Assembly: GCA_951406725.2 (NCBI GenBank)
Contig: OX597818.1
Span: forward strand, 101,928,001 to 101,992,000
DNA: 64,000 nucleotides
Direction: 5' to 3'
DNA from: Octopus vulgaris
Taxonomy: Eukaryota
Shown here: piece by piece, positions 11,275-25,542 of the stretch
Layout: every line of letters begins with the position of its first letter
How positions within the stretch are numbered: the stretch's first letter is position 1
Position numbers and translations under genes: made by a program
The notes under the pieces: model-generated
What the model was told of the DNA's origin: nothing
Seen by the model: the letters and a program-made list of their open reading frames with translations, nothing else
Database searches by the model: none

Positions 11275-11497
11275 ATTTCTTTACTACCCACAAGGGGCTA
11301 AACACAGAGGGGACAAACAAGGACAGACAAACGGATTAAATCGATTACATCGACCCCAGTGCGTAACCGGTACTTAATTTTTCGACCCCGAAGGATGAAA
11401 GGCAAAGTCAACCTCGGCGGAATTTGAACTCAGAACGTAACGGCAGACGAAATACGGCTACGCATTTCGCCCGGCGTGCTAACGTTTCTGCCAGCTC
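11275..11497 (-). mobile_element. tRNA-derived SINE family A (Meta-domain-like central region)
   Basis: Reverse complement of the unit at 12846-13080. Confidence 0.85.
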
Positions 11498-12845
11498 TGT
11501 GACTATAATGCCAAGAAAATTATTACGCGTACTGCAATTTCCCAATATTTTTTGATTTTGTAAGCATACATCTTTTAATTTGCATCGGCACAGACATGTT
11601 TGAAGTGGATCTAACTGTATAATTTATACAGATAAATACAAATACCGACTTCTTTTTTGTCTTTCGTTTTCTTGGAATTCGGTCTCACACTTAGAATTTG
11701 TTCCATCTATTTTTGTGATGAAATATTTCAACTTTGGAAGTTGAAGTTGACTAATGAAAATATACTTTAATCGGTCAGATGCTTTTATATAATCGGTACA
11801 GTAATAAAAAAATATATATTAAAGTCGTAAATAATTCATGTGTGAAAATTTGATATGTCTCGACAAAAGTGGTTTGCAATATTTTAATTAATTACGCACT
11901 CTTGTCGATATGAGTAATCGATATTTTATTTAATTATATTAATTCAATTTCAATATAATTAGAACATAAATCTTTGCATGGTTTATGCAGAATAATTCAA
12001 TTAGTATATACAAATTATACATTTGCATCAAACAACTGTGCAAATGAGTATTGATTATATATTTTACATCTGCATATAGTTTTACGTCATTTGCTATCAT
12101 GTATGTTGTGTTTCCATTTATTGCAAATTAAAAACATCCAATTAAATTTCCAGGAATTTTCTAAATATACGTATAATCTTTTTTTTATTTATTTATTTTA
12201 ATTCATTAATTCATTAGCAATTTACTTATATAGATTCTGAAGTGTAGCATAATCGATCGGCATATATATTAAAAAATAACATTTACTGCTCAAGGTGAAA
12301 TTAAACAGAATGATCCATTTTGAAGACATTAGGAATGTATAGAGTGAAACATTTGTATATGTGTAGACAAAAACAAAAAAAAGAGAGAGAAGTATTGTGA
12401 TTTGAGGGGAATAGATTCAGGAAGAATAATCTATACCCCATGAAACATATATATTTATAGAACTGAAGTTTCTTTGGAAATATTTACTGTGGTATAACTG
12501 TGAACCACGGTCTAAGACATCTGTTCTATCTGGCGGGTTTCAGCTAACACTAATACGTATTATATGTTCATTATATATGAAGATATATAGACATGTAGCA
12601 TTTAGAGTGGGCGGCAATCCGATTTTCTTCATTTCTGTCAATTAAAGTTTTTGTTGATATGTCTACACACGTACGCGAGTATACACATACATATAGAGGC
12701 ATTAGTACTATCCCTTCCATCAAGGTCGTATAGAGAGCCTCTCACAACAAGTGCAAACTACAGCTAAACAAGGTTTTCATCATCTACCTCAAAACGGACA
12801 AGTTTTCTCTCTTTTCATAATTCTCCAACATATCTATCAAACAAA

Positions 12846-13430
12846 GGCGGCGAGCTGGCAGAAACGTCAGCACGCCGGGCGAAATGCTTAGCGGTATTTC
12901 GTCTGCCGTTACGTTCTGAGTTCAAATTCCGCCGAGGTCAATTTTGCCTTTCATCCTTTGGTGGTCGATTAAATCAGTACCAGTTACGCACTGGGGTCGA
13001 TGAAATCGATTTAATCCGTTTGCCTGTCCATGTTTGTCATCTCTGTGTTTAGCCCCTATGTGGGTAGTAAAGAAATAGGTATTTCGTCTGCCGTTACGTT
13101 GTGAGTTCAAATTCCGCCGAGGTCGACTTTACCTTCATCCTTTCGGGGTCGATAAATTAAGTACCAGTTACGCACTGGGGTCGATGTAATTGACTTAATA
13201 CCTATGTCTGTAGTTGTTTGCCTCCTCTATGTTTAGCCCCTTGTGGGTAATAAAGAAATAGGTATTTTGTCTGCCGTTACGTTCGGAGTTCAAATTCCGC
13301 CGAGGTCAACTTTGCCTTTCATCCTTTGGGGGTCGATTAAATAAGTACCAGTTACGCACTGGGGTCGATATAATCGACTTAATCCGTTTGTCTGTCCTTG
13401 TTTGTCGTCTCTGTGTTCAGCCCCTTTTGG
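12846..13430 (+). mobile_element. SINE family A, tandem trimer
   Basis: Head ggcggcgagctggcagaa (A box), B box gagttcaaattcc, central gcctttcatcctttcggggtcgataaattaagtacc. ~184-bp units restart at 13078 and 13261. Confidence 0.88.
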
Positions 13431-14718
13431 CCTCTCTGTGCTTAGCTGTATTTTTTTTTGTGTGAAATCTCCCCATATGTTACACACTCGCGTGGTCGCA
13501 CCAGTTAATCCTTTCTCCTCGCATCACCCAACGAACTTTTACGGATTCTCTACCTGGACTTTCTACTACACTTCACCTGCATCTCTCCTGTCCATGGATT
13601 ACACTGGACTCCTCCGTTGATGATAAATCATACTAAAGAGTAAGGAGTAACTAAATATATATATATATATGTGTGTGTGTGTTTGTGTGTGTCCCTGTGT
13701 GTGTATGCGTACATGTGTCTATGTATATACATCGGCCATAACACATTATTTCGTATATGTCTCAACCATATTCAAACCGAGTTTAACATGCCACATCAAC
13801 ACCTATACGTTACAATCCATACTGTTCATGTGATAAAACATGCAACCATCTGTATATGAGAATTTTACATAATCATTTATGGCCGTATAACCCATAATCA
13901 ACTTCACCATTTTATGACACATTAGAATGCAATGTGTTTCAATTTCACAGATGCATGTACAGTTTATATTATTAGGCCCACAACTTATTCAAATGCACCA
14001 CTTCAGCATACTTGTCCTAAAGCAAGAATTCATTAATTACTATGTTTCTTTATCGTGTTCTTACTAAACTCAAGAGTTGTCTGTATAATGAATGCTTCGG
14101 GCTCGTCACAAATATTCTTAGAAAAATATAACATGATATTTGGTATGATAATTGTAATTTACGGCAACTGAATTGTCAATGGTTTTCAGGAAGCAGATAT
14201 ATAATATAAAGCTCTCCGGAAGCCACGTTAAATTATTGTCATTAAATATATATCCTACGTTTTTGTTCTTTATTTTGTAGTTGTTAATCATCAGTTTACT
14301 GTCGGAGAGGCGTGATTTGAATTGAACACAGAAGTAGTAGTTCTAGAAGAGTTCATAAATATTAACAATATTAGATTTTGGCCAATGTACGAGGGGAGAT
14401 AAAAAATTGTATGCACTAACTCCAAAACTTTATTTATGTTGGTCGTACTGTCTTCAGCGCTTGTGCGCTCGAAGGACGAATACCTGTGTTTAGCAAAAAC
14501 CGTAGTTTGAACTTGATCGCTCCGTGATCTTTCTATGTTATAGAGTAAAATAACATATAACGATTTATGTTGCCTTCCTCGATTTCAGCACGACGTGTAT
14601 TTATAGTGAATGTATATTGTAATATGGTGTTTGACGATTTAAAGTCTATTCACAGCATATTGGCATAGAAAATTCTTTTTCTTTTGCCCTTGTTTAATAT
14701 ATATATATATATATATAG

Positions 14719-14788
<70 letters not shown>

Positions 14789-14797
14789 ATATATATA

Positions 14798-14857
<60 letters not shown>

Positions 14858-15307
14858 CACTTATCTTGACTGGCGAAGGAAAACTACTGTTTACATCTAG
14901 AATTGTACAACTGCTCCGTGAAAGTATCGCTTAATAAAAATCGGAGATATTCATTTCTACTTATATCATAACTTGTCAGAATTGTCCAGGCGCAACATCA
15001 CTCTATCATTTCTACTCCATAGTGTTTTTCGAAACACAACTCCATGTAATAAACACCAGACCAAAAATATATTTCATAGTCACATAGAGTCATAAAATAC
15101 CATAATAGTTAGATGTGTATATATTCATACATAAGTGGATATTCATATACACACACAAGCTGCGTACACATGCACCGGAAAAATCACACACTCACATTCA
15201 CATACGCAATCACTCAAAGAATCACACACATACACACAAACACAAACACACACACTCACACTCACTCACACACACACACACATACACTCGCATATATACA
15301 TGAAGAC

Positions 15308-15419
15308 GGCGAGCTGGCAGAAACGTTAGCGCGCCGGGTGAAACTATCAAGCAATCTTTCACTCTATATTTGTTATGTACTCCTGCACATTTACACATAC
15401 ATACATAACATATAATCAA

Positions 15420-15453
<34 letters not shown>

Positions 15454-15690
15454 TTGTGGTATTTCGTACGCCGCTGCGTTCTGAGTTAAAATTCCGCCGA
15501 GGTCGACTTTACCTTTCATCCTTTCGGGGTCGATAAATTAAGTACCAGTGGCGCTCTGGGGTAGATGTAATCGACTTAATCCGCTTATCTGTACTATTTT
15601 GTCCCCTCTATGTTTAGCCATTGTGTGCAATACAGAAATCGTTATTTCGTTTGTCTCATATTCGGAGTTGAAATTCCACCAGGTCCATTT
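15308..15690 (+). mobile_element. SINE family A, split by an ~120-bp insert ending in (CA)n
   Basis: Head at 15308-15342; body resumes at 15458. Confidence 0.75.
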
Positions 15691-15703
15691 TGCTTATATA
15701 TAT

Positions 15704-15736
<33 letters not shown>

Positions 15737-15748
15737 TATATATGTATG

Positions 15749-15789
<41 letters not shown>

Positions 15790-15799
15790 TTTAATTAAA

Positions 15800-16190
15800 G
15801 CAGTCTACCAAAAATGTGACCTCTTCAGACGCGTATGTTTTGCTTCTTGTGAAAAACGAAACATCTTTCAATTCCTTTAAATACTCCTCCACAGCTTCCT
15901 TAGTTGTGCTCTCTATTCTTTTAGCCTCTGATGGGGTCAACGTCTGTACCATCTCAAGATATTTTCAAAATTTCTTAGCCATGTCTTTATTCCAATGCAT
16001 TTCGTATTGATTCAGAAAGTCTCGAACGTCGGAAGCACGCCTCCCTGTCGCTATCGCATATGTCTTCACTTTCTCCGTCTCAGGAACGCTCACCAAACAA
16101 TGGCGGCGTTATACTAAAAAACTGCTGCAAATGCAGCTCAAAACGACTCAATCAACAACAAAACCGCAGCGAAACGAAAACACGTCCGAC
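15800..16190 (-). pseudogene. Possible 5' end/ORF1 fragment of a non-LTR retrotransposon
   Basis: Reverse strand begins gtcggacgtgttttcg, then a stop-interrupted coding-like frame LVSVPETEKVKTYAIATGRR...TTKEAVEEYLKELKDVSFF. Family assignment is inference. Confidence 0.35.
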
Positions 16191-16958
16191 AATAACATTT
16201 TGCAACTGTTGAATAAACGGGTTTTCAAAATTTTTTTTAAATACTGTGAAAAACATTTGGTTGACATTTTGGTTTAAAAATGGAAAAGAAAATAAGTAAA
16301 TCCTGGATGAACATTTATTTATAAACTTTATAATTGTAAGGTGGAAGCGAAAAGGGAATTCGCGCTTTCGCCTCGGAGGGAGTCTAGAAATTATGTAAAA
16401 TAAAAATATTTAAAGGGAAAGGAATCCACGGCTTCATCTCGCAGCGGGAGCGAGATGGCCGTCTCATTTGTATTGTAATTTTATTCATTTCACATTCATC
16501 TTTCTATGTGTTTTTTGTTCTCGCATGTCTTTGTATGTCTCCTCTGTAATTAGGCCTTGTGTCGGTAATAAAGAATCAAGCTAGCAATGACTCGGAAACT
16601 AGTCCCTGGATGTTGGCTTTGCTCGGTGGGGGTGCTTGTCTCCACTTCGAAAACATAAGGACACGGGAAATATGCCAAGTCCAACTGAAAATGGTGTTAC
16701 CTATGGCTAAATAACAGTAGCATGCTTCCTGTTTATGGAACTGTCACATTAAGTTAGCAACATACTATCATTTTAATTTCATGTTATTACATAACTGACT
16801 TCACAATTTGGGTATTCAGAACTTATTGAAAACTCCTAAAAACGAGATCCTGCTACATACTTTGTATTGTTGTTATTGGATAAACGAAGCAAATATGAGA
16901 ACGGAAGCGAGGGATAAGCACCGCTTTCCAGGGAATTACTGTGTACATCAGATAGTAA

Positions 16959-17010
<52 letters not shown>

Positions 17011-18068
17011 ATGTGTGTGTGTGTGTTCATCCAAAACTGTTTCTTCAATTGACGTAGTGCAATAGAAGTGTACAAAGGGAGTTCGCTTTGGTTTACCACT
17101 AAACCTCCTGGTTAAACAATAAGTGGAAGATGTGGTGCTGTCTATCAATGATGGCTAAAACTGGTTCCTTGTGGAGTGGGTAGTTACACATTTAGAAAAT
17201 GATGACAGAGTAAAATATTTCGCATCGTTCTTGAACATTTAATTTATAATATAAACATAGTGATGCATACGTAAAGTCTCTCCCTCCCACTCTCTCTGTC
17301 TCTCTCTCTCAATATATATACGCACACATGTGTATATGTCTTTGTGTGTGTGAATGTATGTTCACCTACATAAAGATACAAACATCTCCATGTATGGTAA
17401 ATCGCGCCAGCCAATTTTCCCTTTCAATACCTATATCTCTCTTTCACGTTTATATTCGTTAGTAAGACTGTGGGCGTTTCAAAAATGCCACCGTTATTTT
17501 TACTTATTTGTGCTTCACACGCTGAAGAAAGTCAACTTGCAAATTCAGTATTTTTGTGTGAAAAGAAATGCACTAAAATTTCAAATATATATTTATTTCA
17601 AACACTATTTGAAATGCAAATATAGGAAAAAAACTGTTACAGTAATGTAATATAATACGGTTTATGAATATCTCCGACCTTTTGCACGTATTTATATTTT
17701 TGTTATACGGCAGAGTTGAAAGTATGTCAGTCTTAACAAATAAAAATATATGAATGACATTTGTGCCTTTGACTTGAGAGAAAAAAAAAAGTTGAAGATA
17801 AATTGGCAGAAAATTTATATATGTGTAAAAATTTAAAACGAGTTTCAAATATACATTGATCATTTTCTCTGATTGTATCTAAATGTACATATTCTCTATT
17901 TATTTGATCATAAGACTGAAAAGCTTAAACATGGCTGTATTAAATGTATAATGCTGCGCTACATATTTCATATTCGATAGTACAATTGCATTTCAGAAGC
18001 CGTTCAGAATAAATCCTTCCTGAATGCGAAAAATAGTCAGTCAGTTTTAAGAGTAGGACAAATGTAGG

Positions 18069-18390
18069 GAGTGAAGACGCATGACCTATTGGTCAAGAAA
18101 TTCGTTTCCGAATCGCAAGGTCATGAGTTCAACTACCAGCGACACGTTGTGTCCTTAAGCACCACAATTTATTTCACGCTGCCCCAGTCCACTCAGCCTG
18201 CAATAAGGAGTAGTACCGGTATTTCCAAGGGTCAGCCTTGTCACATTGTGTGTCACAAGGAATCTCTTTGAGAATTACGTTAAAGGTGCATGTGTTTCTG
18301 AAGTACTCAGCCACTTGCATATTAAGTTCACGAGCAAGCTATTCCGTTGTTCGCATCAACTGGAATCATCAGCGTCGTAACCGACGGATT
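18069..18390 (+). mobile_element. SINE family C-related copy, decayed
   Basis: tRNA-like head (gagttcaactacc) and ttgtgtccttaagca..actttatttcac..cagtccactcagc core. Body similar to 57105-57235. Confidence 0.7.
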
Positions 18391-20111
18391 GTGAAATGGA
18401 AGGAAAATCTGCAGAAAACGAAAATGTAAATTTTCTGACGCACACATGGCGATAATCATGAATGCTAATGCTCAGAGACATCAGTGCCAGACATACAAAC
18501 TATGGACACAAGTGTAAATAACTGCATACATGTCGTTTCTGCATATTTGTTGATGCCACAGATAAACATATCCATTTGCATGTTCATGTATTCGTGTGTG
18601 TGCTTTTGTGTGTGTTTGTGTGTGTATGTGTGTGTTCGTGTGCACGAGCCTCTGTGTGTGTATTCGTGCTCAACCACCATTTCAAGACCAGTGATGTTAT
18701 GGTTACTTCCCTGAAAAGTAACAGTCCACTGAAAGGGAGCGATAGAATAATTACCCGGCATGTAATGATAATATATATGTATATATAGATATACGTGTGC
18801 GTGCATATCTGTACATGTCTATTACGTTGTTCCGAATATAATGGCCGAGTTCAATACATATCTTTATTCTGGAAAAATTAATAACAGAAATATTTTCATT
18901 GGTCAAAGTACGAGCCGTGAATATCTATGCATCCCTGCCATCGATCGACGAGGTTATTTATGCCTCGCTGATAAAAAAACGTATTGGGTTTGATACTAAG
19001 AAATCACCTCCGAATCTTGGCGGTGTCGCGGTTGTACATTCTTTTGTCACTTCTACCGTAGTGTCCTCACAGAAGCAACTGCATAGAATTTCCCGTTAGT
19101 CTCTCAAATGTGAGTATCATCAATCTTCTTCTGCAAAAGAACCACAACTATTCAGTTTGTAGACACAGCTATAACGATCTAATTTACCGCTTAACCAATT
19201 GTTTCCTTTATAATATAATTTGAATTGTTATTCAGATTTGCTTTTTCTGAACGTTCTTTTTTCACCAGAAGTATTTCCATGGCAAATGAATCAGCTAGTA
19301 GACGGTTATATTACACATTTCTTTACTTCGAGGAATACGCTAACTGACTATTTATTTTGCTGCAAAACCAAAAATACATTACGGTTCACTAACTTCAGAA
19401 GAAGGTCATATATATATAAATATGAATATTGATAATCACGCATTAAACTCAATTCAGTGTTTAAAATTTTATCGCGTTAATTGAAAGGAATGTATTACAG
19501 TCATAGTATTATCTGAACCCCTAGAAGTGGTAATATCAATGCGGTTCGTGCTTGGATATTTCATATTGAATTAATCACCTGCGTCGATAAGATATTCAAC
19601 TTCAACTACGCTCTGTACTGGGCATGATGCTGGTGAGAATGCATACCGTATAACATTTAATCATCAATTAAAATTCTTTCCATCATATTTCGAAATATAA
19701 AATAACTACGATCCAACTGCTAATTACCAACAGCGGCTGCGGGAAATTCATTTCCTAGGGCAAACTCAAAGTCCTATAATTAAAAGGCTCGAATATCGCC
19801 ATATATTGCACATATAAGCTTCCCATATAACATGGAATAATCGAGTTAATTAGGGACATACACAATGATCGGAATTAAGGTGTGCTGGCACAGGTCCTGT
19901 CAAAACATAGGAAAATGCTCATGCACTTTCTAAATTTTATTTTCTTCATAACATATATCTCAAAGTAAACTAATTAATAGTGCAACACAATTAAGATGGT
20001 ATATGCACACATACACATAAATAGGTACACATATATATATATATGTAGGAGTGCGTGGGCGTGTGTACATATACATGCGTTTGTGCGTGCGCGCATGCAA
20101 CTACGTGTCAG

Positions 20112-20164
<53 letters not shown>

Positions 20165-20451
20165 GTGTATGTGTGTAATGTAACAACGAGCGAGAGAGAG
20201 AACGGAGATTGAAAATGAATGGAGGAGAGGAGGTGAGCAAAGAACTACACCTCAAATATCCTAATGAAATGAATGCAGATAATTAAGTTAAAGTGTGTGT
20301 TAATGAAAGCACGCATAAAATTAATGAATGATGTGATGACATAACGCTGGTCGTTAGCGACAAAAGAGATGACTCGGAGAAAATATCAATAAATACAAAA
20401 ATTAGTTTCATTATTTCCATGGTTGGAGAACACACACACACACACAAACAC

Positions 20452-20489
<38 letters not shown>

Positions 20490-21010
20490 CTGTATATGTA
20501 CATATATATATATATATATATATATAATGATGCAAATAATGTACTTTATTGTCCTTAATATCAAAAGCGATATATTTCATGTTCAATGAAAATTAATAAC
20601 TCGCAACATAACCATTAAAATACAGATATTCTTTCCAATACGAAATATATTTTACTTAATCCCACTAGAATATGAATCTGGGAATGTGTGACCACCGAAT
20701 TCATAAATGTGTTTTCTGTTCAGCCTCCATTATGGAAGAACTTTTGCAGCAACTAAACAGTAGAATGAAAACCATATAAATCTCTCCGGGAGAGGCCTAC
20801 GTATTCATGCAGGTCAGGTTAGAGTCCTGTAACACAAGTTTTAGATTTAAAGATGTGGAACATTTCACATGGAAATATTTATTAAGTTGGTTCATGAGGT
20901 CCCAAGCATGTCAAAATTGTACATTATCGATCTCTTGTTTATGTTTGCAAATTTCGAAATATATAAGAGAATTTATGACTAATTGCTTTGGCACAAATAA
21001 ATACATCCCG

Positions 21011-21097
<87 letters not shown>

Positions 21098-21103
21098 ATA
21101 TAC

Positions 21104-21150
<47 letters not shown>

Positions 21151-21153
<3 letters not shown>

Positions 21154-21410
21154 TTGAAACATTCCTGTCACAACATGGGACCTTGAATACTGCTCAAATG
21201 CAAGAAAGTATACTAGTCCCTACATATTTGATATTCAATATTTCATTTAATTTAATTTTACTATATATACAACATATACTATTTATACTATATATCCTAT
21301 ATTCTACATTAATATTAAAAATAATATAAATAAAACATAAAAAACAGTTTTCGAAATCCTTTGAATAATATATATCCCTCTATACACAATCATACAAACC
21401 CCTTTTTATT
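21151..21410 (+). mobile_element. TA-flanked remnant with degenerate hammerhead motif (21177-21220)
   Basis: gggac-cTTGAATA-ctgc(tcaaat)gcaa-GAAA-gtatac-TA-gtccc, followed by an AT-rich tail. Lies between two (TA)n tracts. Confidence 0.5.
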
Positions 21411-21695
21411 TATATATATATATGTGTGTGTGTGTTGTGTGGTATATCGTTGAATTAAGAAACACTTGTGCAACTTCATCGTATTACAAGCATTTTGTGG
21501 AGAATTGTCACTAATATACATGTCTCCCTTTATAGGTATGGGCCATTTCGTAGACGATTCAGTTTTATAGTCTCATATAGGATTATCTACTATTTCTTCT
21601 TTATATTTTGGTCAGAAAGAGATTTCAACATACACACTCAAACACACATATTATAAGCAGGTTCTCTATACCCCTCCCTAATACATAAACGCACA

Positions 21696-21787
<92 letters not shown>

Positions 21788-21794
21788 TACATAT

Positions 21795-21854
<60 letters not shown>

Positions 21855-21856
<2 letters not shown>

Positions 21857-22031
21857 CTCCATCTCCCCTTCTTCGGATCTTTCCTTTTCCTATGTTTTTG
21901 ACGAAGAGCTCCGCTCGAAACGTTAAACCCTCCTTCTTTCCTTCCTTCCTGAGCGTCCAATAACATTATATTTGTTCCATGTCTTCGCGTTGTTGTGTTT
22001 CCTCTTTGTTTTTTCATGTTTGGATTAATTC
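21855..22031 (+). mobile_element. Short TA-flanked element with minimal hammerhead motif (21894-21928)
   Basis: gttt-TTGACGA-a-gagc(tcc)gctc-GAAA-cg-TT-aaac. Second copy at 32790-33013. Confidence 0.7.
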
Positions 22032-23795
22032 TATATATATATATACGATTGGAATTCTCTGTTAACGAACACACAATTTACATCCTTGTAACAATAGATA
22101 TTTGGTATCCTATCCTTCGCCATTAGAAGGAGAACAACTTTTCGGTGCCAGTGTAACAAACGCCGATTTAGTTGTCAGTTTCACCGTTGGAGAATAAATG
22201 GTTAAGTGAATGTCTGCGAAATAGATTAATGCACGAGAGAAGTGACTATATTAAATAGCTATGGTTTGAGGAAAATGTTTCCATGGCGACACAGAAGCTA
22301 CTAATATTAAACTTAATTTTCAACTAAAATATTTACATGCATATCTCTTCTGGCTATACGTAGGCCATTCAACCATATTGGATCAGCATAAGAAGCATAT
22401 TAGATTTTAAATTATTGAATAAAATGTATTCTCTTTAAATGTGGCATGAGCGCTGTTTCATACCAAAGCGGCAATCGGTTGCATTTCGGATTTTACAAGA
22501 CGTTTACAGCTGCTTTAAAAATTGATTGCTACATAGTTAAACATATTTTTACATTTGCATGATTCTGTATTTGTTTGGGTTTGTGTGCTTGCATATGTGC
22601 GCATGTGTTTCCGTGTGCGAGTGTGAATAAAGAGAAAAAATCGAGCTAATTGATAATGAGGAAGATGGCGGCAGATTCAGATATACATATTAAACAGTAG
22701 ATATATTTTCGTTACTTACAAGTGGCATTTTTTAGTCAACTATTTATTGCAGCTCTAAACTTTTTTCCCATTTTCAATTACCGAATTCCATGTTCTCAGA
22801 AATGAATACATTATATCTAGAATTTAAGTTCGACCGTCGGTGAACATCATCAATTAACTATATGGACAACTGAGGAATTGAGCAGTGAAGACAATTTGAG
22901 TACCCTCTAAACTACGCTCTCTCTTCGGTTACCATCAATCCAGTAGGGTAATAGTTCAAGACGAACCGGGAGGTAGATGTTGAAGTCTTATTTGCCTTAT
23001 CTAGCATTGTGCAATACTGGTTGATATCCAAATTCGCACTTCACAAGATCCTGGAAGCTCCCGGAATGGGGCCTCGCAACTGGATACAGTTTTAAACCAT
23101 ACATAGAAGAATAACTAATAAAATTTTAATGCAATGAGCTATATAATATTGAGGCACAGATATTTTATTGTCGATCGTCAAAATACAAAAAGATAACGCC
23201 AACATTACTAAACTGAAGGGAATATAAAATTGCTTTGAGAATAACTAATCGCTAACATTTTAGTGAGCAATGATAGTAAATATTTTGGACAATAATTTGT
23301 CTACATTATCATAATGAAATGAATAAATTTCAAGAATTTAATGAGTTTTCTGCAATCAGTTATTATTAAGATATTCAGATGAAACTGCGCCTTGTTTTTT
23401 CTTTTAAAGCATCAAAGTTTCTATAGAATTTCATTTAGTACATAATGTATTCATATAACGAGGATTCGCTTTATTATTGTGTGTTCATTGATTTGTAATA
23501 ACTATTACCATTTCAATGTAATTTCATTGTGTAAGTGTGATACGAGTGTATGTAAGTGTATGCGTGTGTAATAGTGTGAGCCACGTTGTTAATATTCCAA
23601 ATGATGCAGTTATGTTATATTTTGTTCCTTAATAACATAAAGTATTTCTCGAGAAAAAAACATCCGAGGTAAACGCAGTTATTTTGCTCAACCTTGAAAT
23701 TGCGTATCTTGGTCATCAATGCATACTTACGTTCCAGTGTATATGCATAAGTGTGTGTGTTTGTGTGTATGTGTATATACACACAACTATAGTTT

Positions 23796-23920
<125 letters not shown>

Positions 23921-24130
23921 GTGAGTGTGTACTGACAAATTTTCTGCGCAGCTGCATGGCACTAGGTTCAATCTCACTCAGCAAGGTGTCTTCTAATATA
24001 TCAAGTTGACTAAGGCACTGTGTAAAATTGTTATTTTCGTATGTACGTATGTGTATATATATATTATATATATATATATATATTTATATATGTATATATA
24101 TATATGTATATGTATATAGATGCGTGTGTA

Positions 24131-24168
<38 letters not shown>

Positions 24169-24408
24169 GGGGTGATAGGGTGAGGTATATAGTTGTTATT
24201 TACAGAAAATCACAAGACGAAGTGAGGTGTATATACAACGTCGGGTGTATTAGTTTGACGCTCGGGAAGGTGAGGACGTGTTTTACGGTTGGAGTATACA
24301 AGTATTAAAGAATGAAATTATAAACAGATGAACGACTTATTCAAGTCAGATTATGGCTTTCAAATATACTTTTTAACACATAGATGCTGGAATGTACAAA
24401 TTATATAT

Positions 24409-24478
<70 letters not shown>

Positions 24479-24798
24479 CAATTAAAACAGTCTTCCCACG
24501 ATATACGTATGGGTGCATTTTTGCACCATATCTCCAGATGAGAGTTTTCAAATTTAACAGCGAAGTATTCGGTGCCCTAACAGAACTTTCCACTCACGTT
24601 ACGTTAGATATAAAGATTGACTCTTAATGTTAATACTGCTTCTTTTTTATAATCATGTATATACACACACACATATTGATCGATAGAAAGATAGGTAGAT
24701 AGATTCATACATACGTACGTACATGTGAATGTATACAGATATATGTACATATACACGTATATATGTATAAATATCCATACACACAGAAACACCGTCAC

Positions 24799-24852
<54 letters not shown>

Positions 24853-25405
24853 ACATATATAAAGATGCATACACACACACACATTTATATATATACACAC
24901 ACAATCACACAGATATATACATACATAATGCCTCGTATGAAGAATAATTATCATATACATTGTCATGTCTGGATTTTATTCTAGGCACTTTAAGACAATC
25001 GGCTTACAAAGGATATAACTTATTGTGGATGGTTTCGAGGTATAACCAAGGAATAATGTTTACACTTGGTTAGATATACGGTACCATCTAAGCTAATTGT
25101 GCATAATATTTTTATCAATACGGATTGCTGGTCGCTCGAGGAAGATAGAGAAAATGTAAGCTGTTTTCAATTAATTGTGTATTAGCTCACAGATACTGAA
25201 AAGAGAACTGTTTGAATAAAATGCAATATAAACCACAGGAAAAGTTGCAATTAAAGAGTACCAAACAGGAGTAATGTAAAACAAAGGAAAATAAATAAAT
25301 GATGTTCCATTAAATGAAATGCAGTCTCATATATATAACAAGATATTTCAATATTGTGATTCTCGATGTAAAGTGAAATGGTGTATGTGAATATAAGCAT
25401 GAGTC

Positions 25406-25439
<34 letters not shown>

Positions 25440-25466
25440 TACACACCGATATACAAATAGAAAGAC

Positions 25467-25542
<76 letters not shown>

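Noticed and set aside
12846-13430. tRNA genes or a CRISPR-like array
   Set aside because: A/B boxes without a full cloverleaf, and no unique spacers. These are SINE units in eukaryotic DNA.
18820-19270. Mariner-like TIR (tattacgttgttccgaatataatggccg) with decayed interior
   Set aside because: No partner TIR or convincing transposase motif found.
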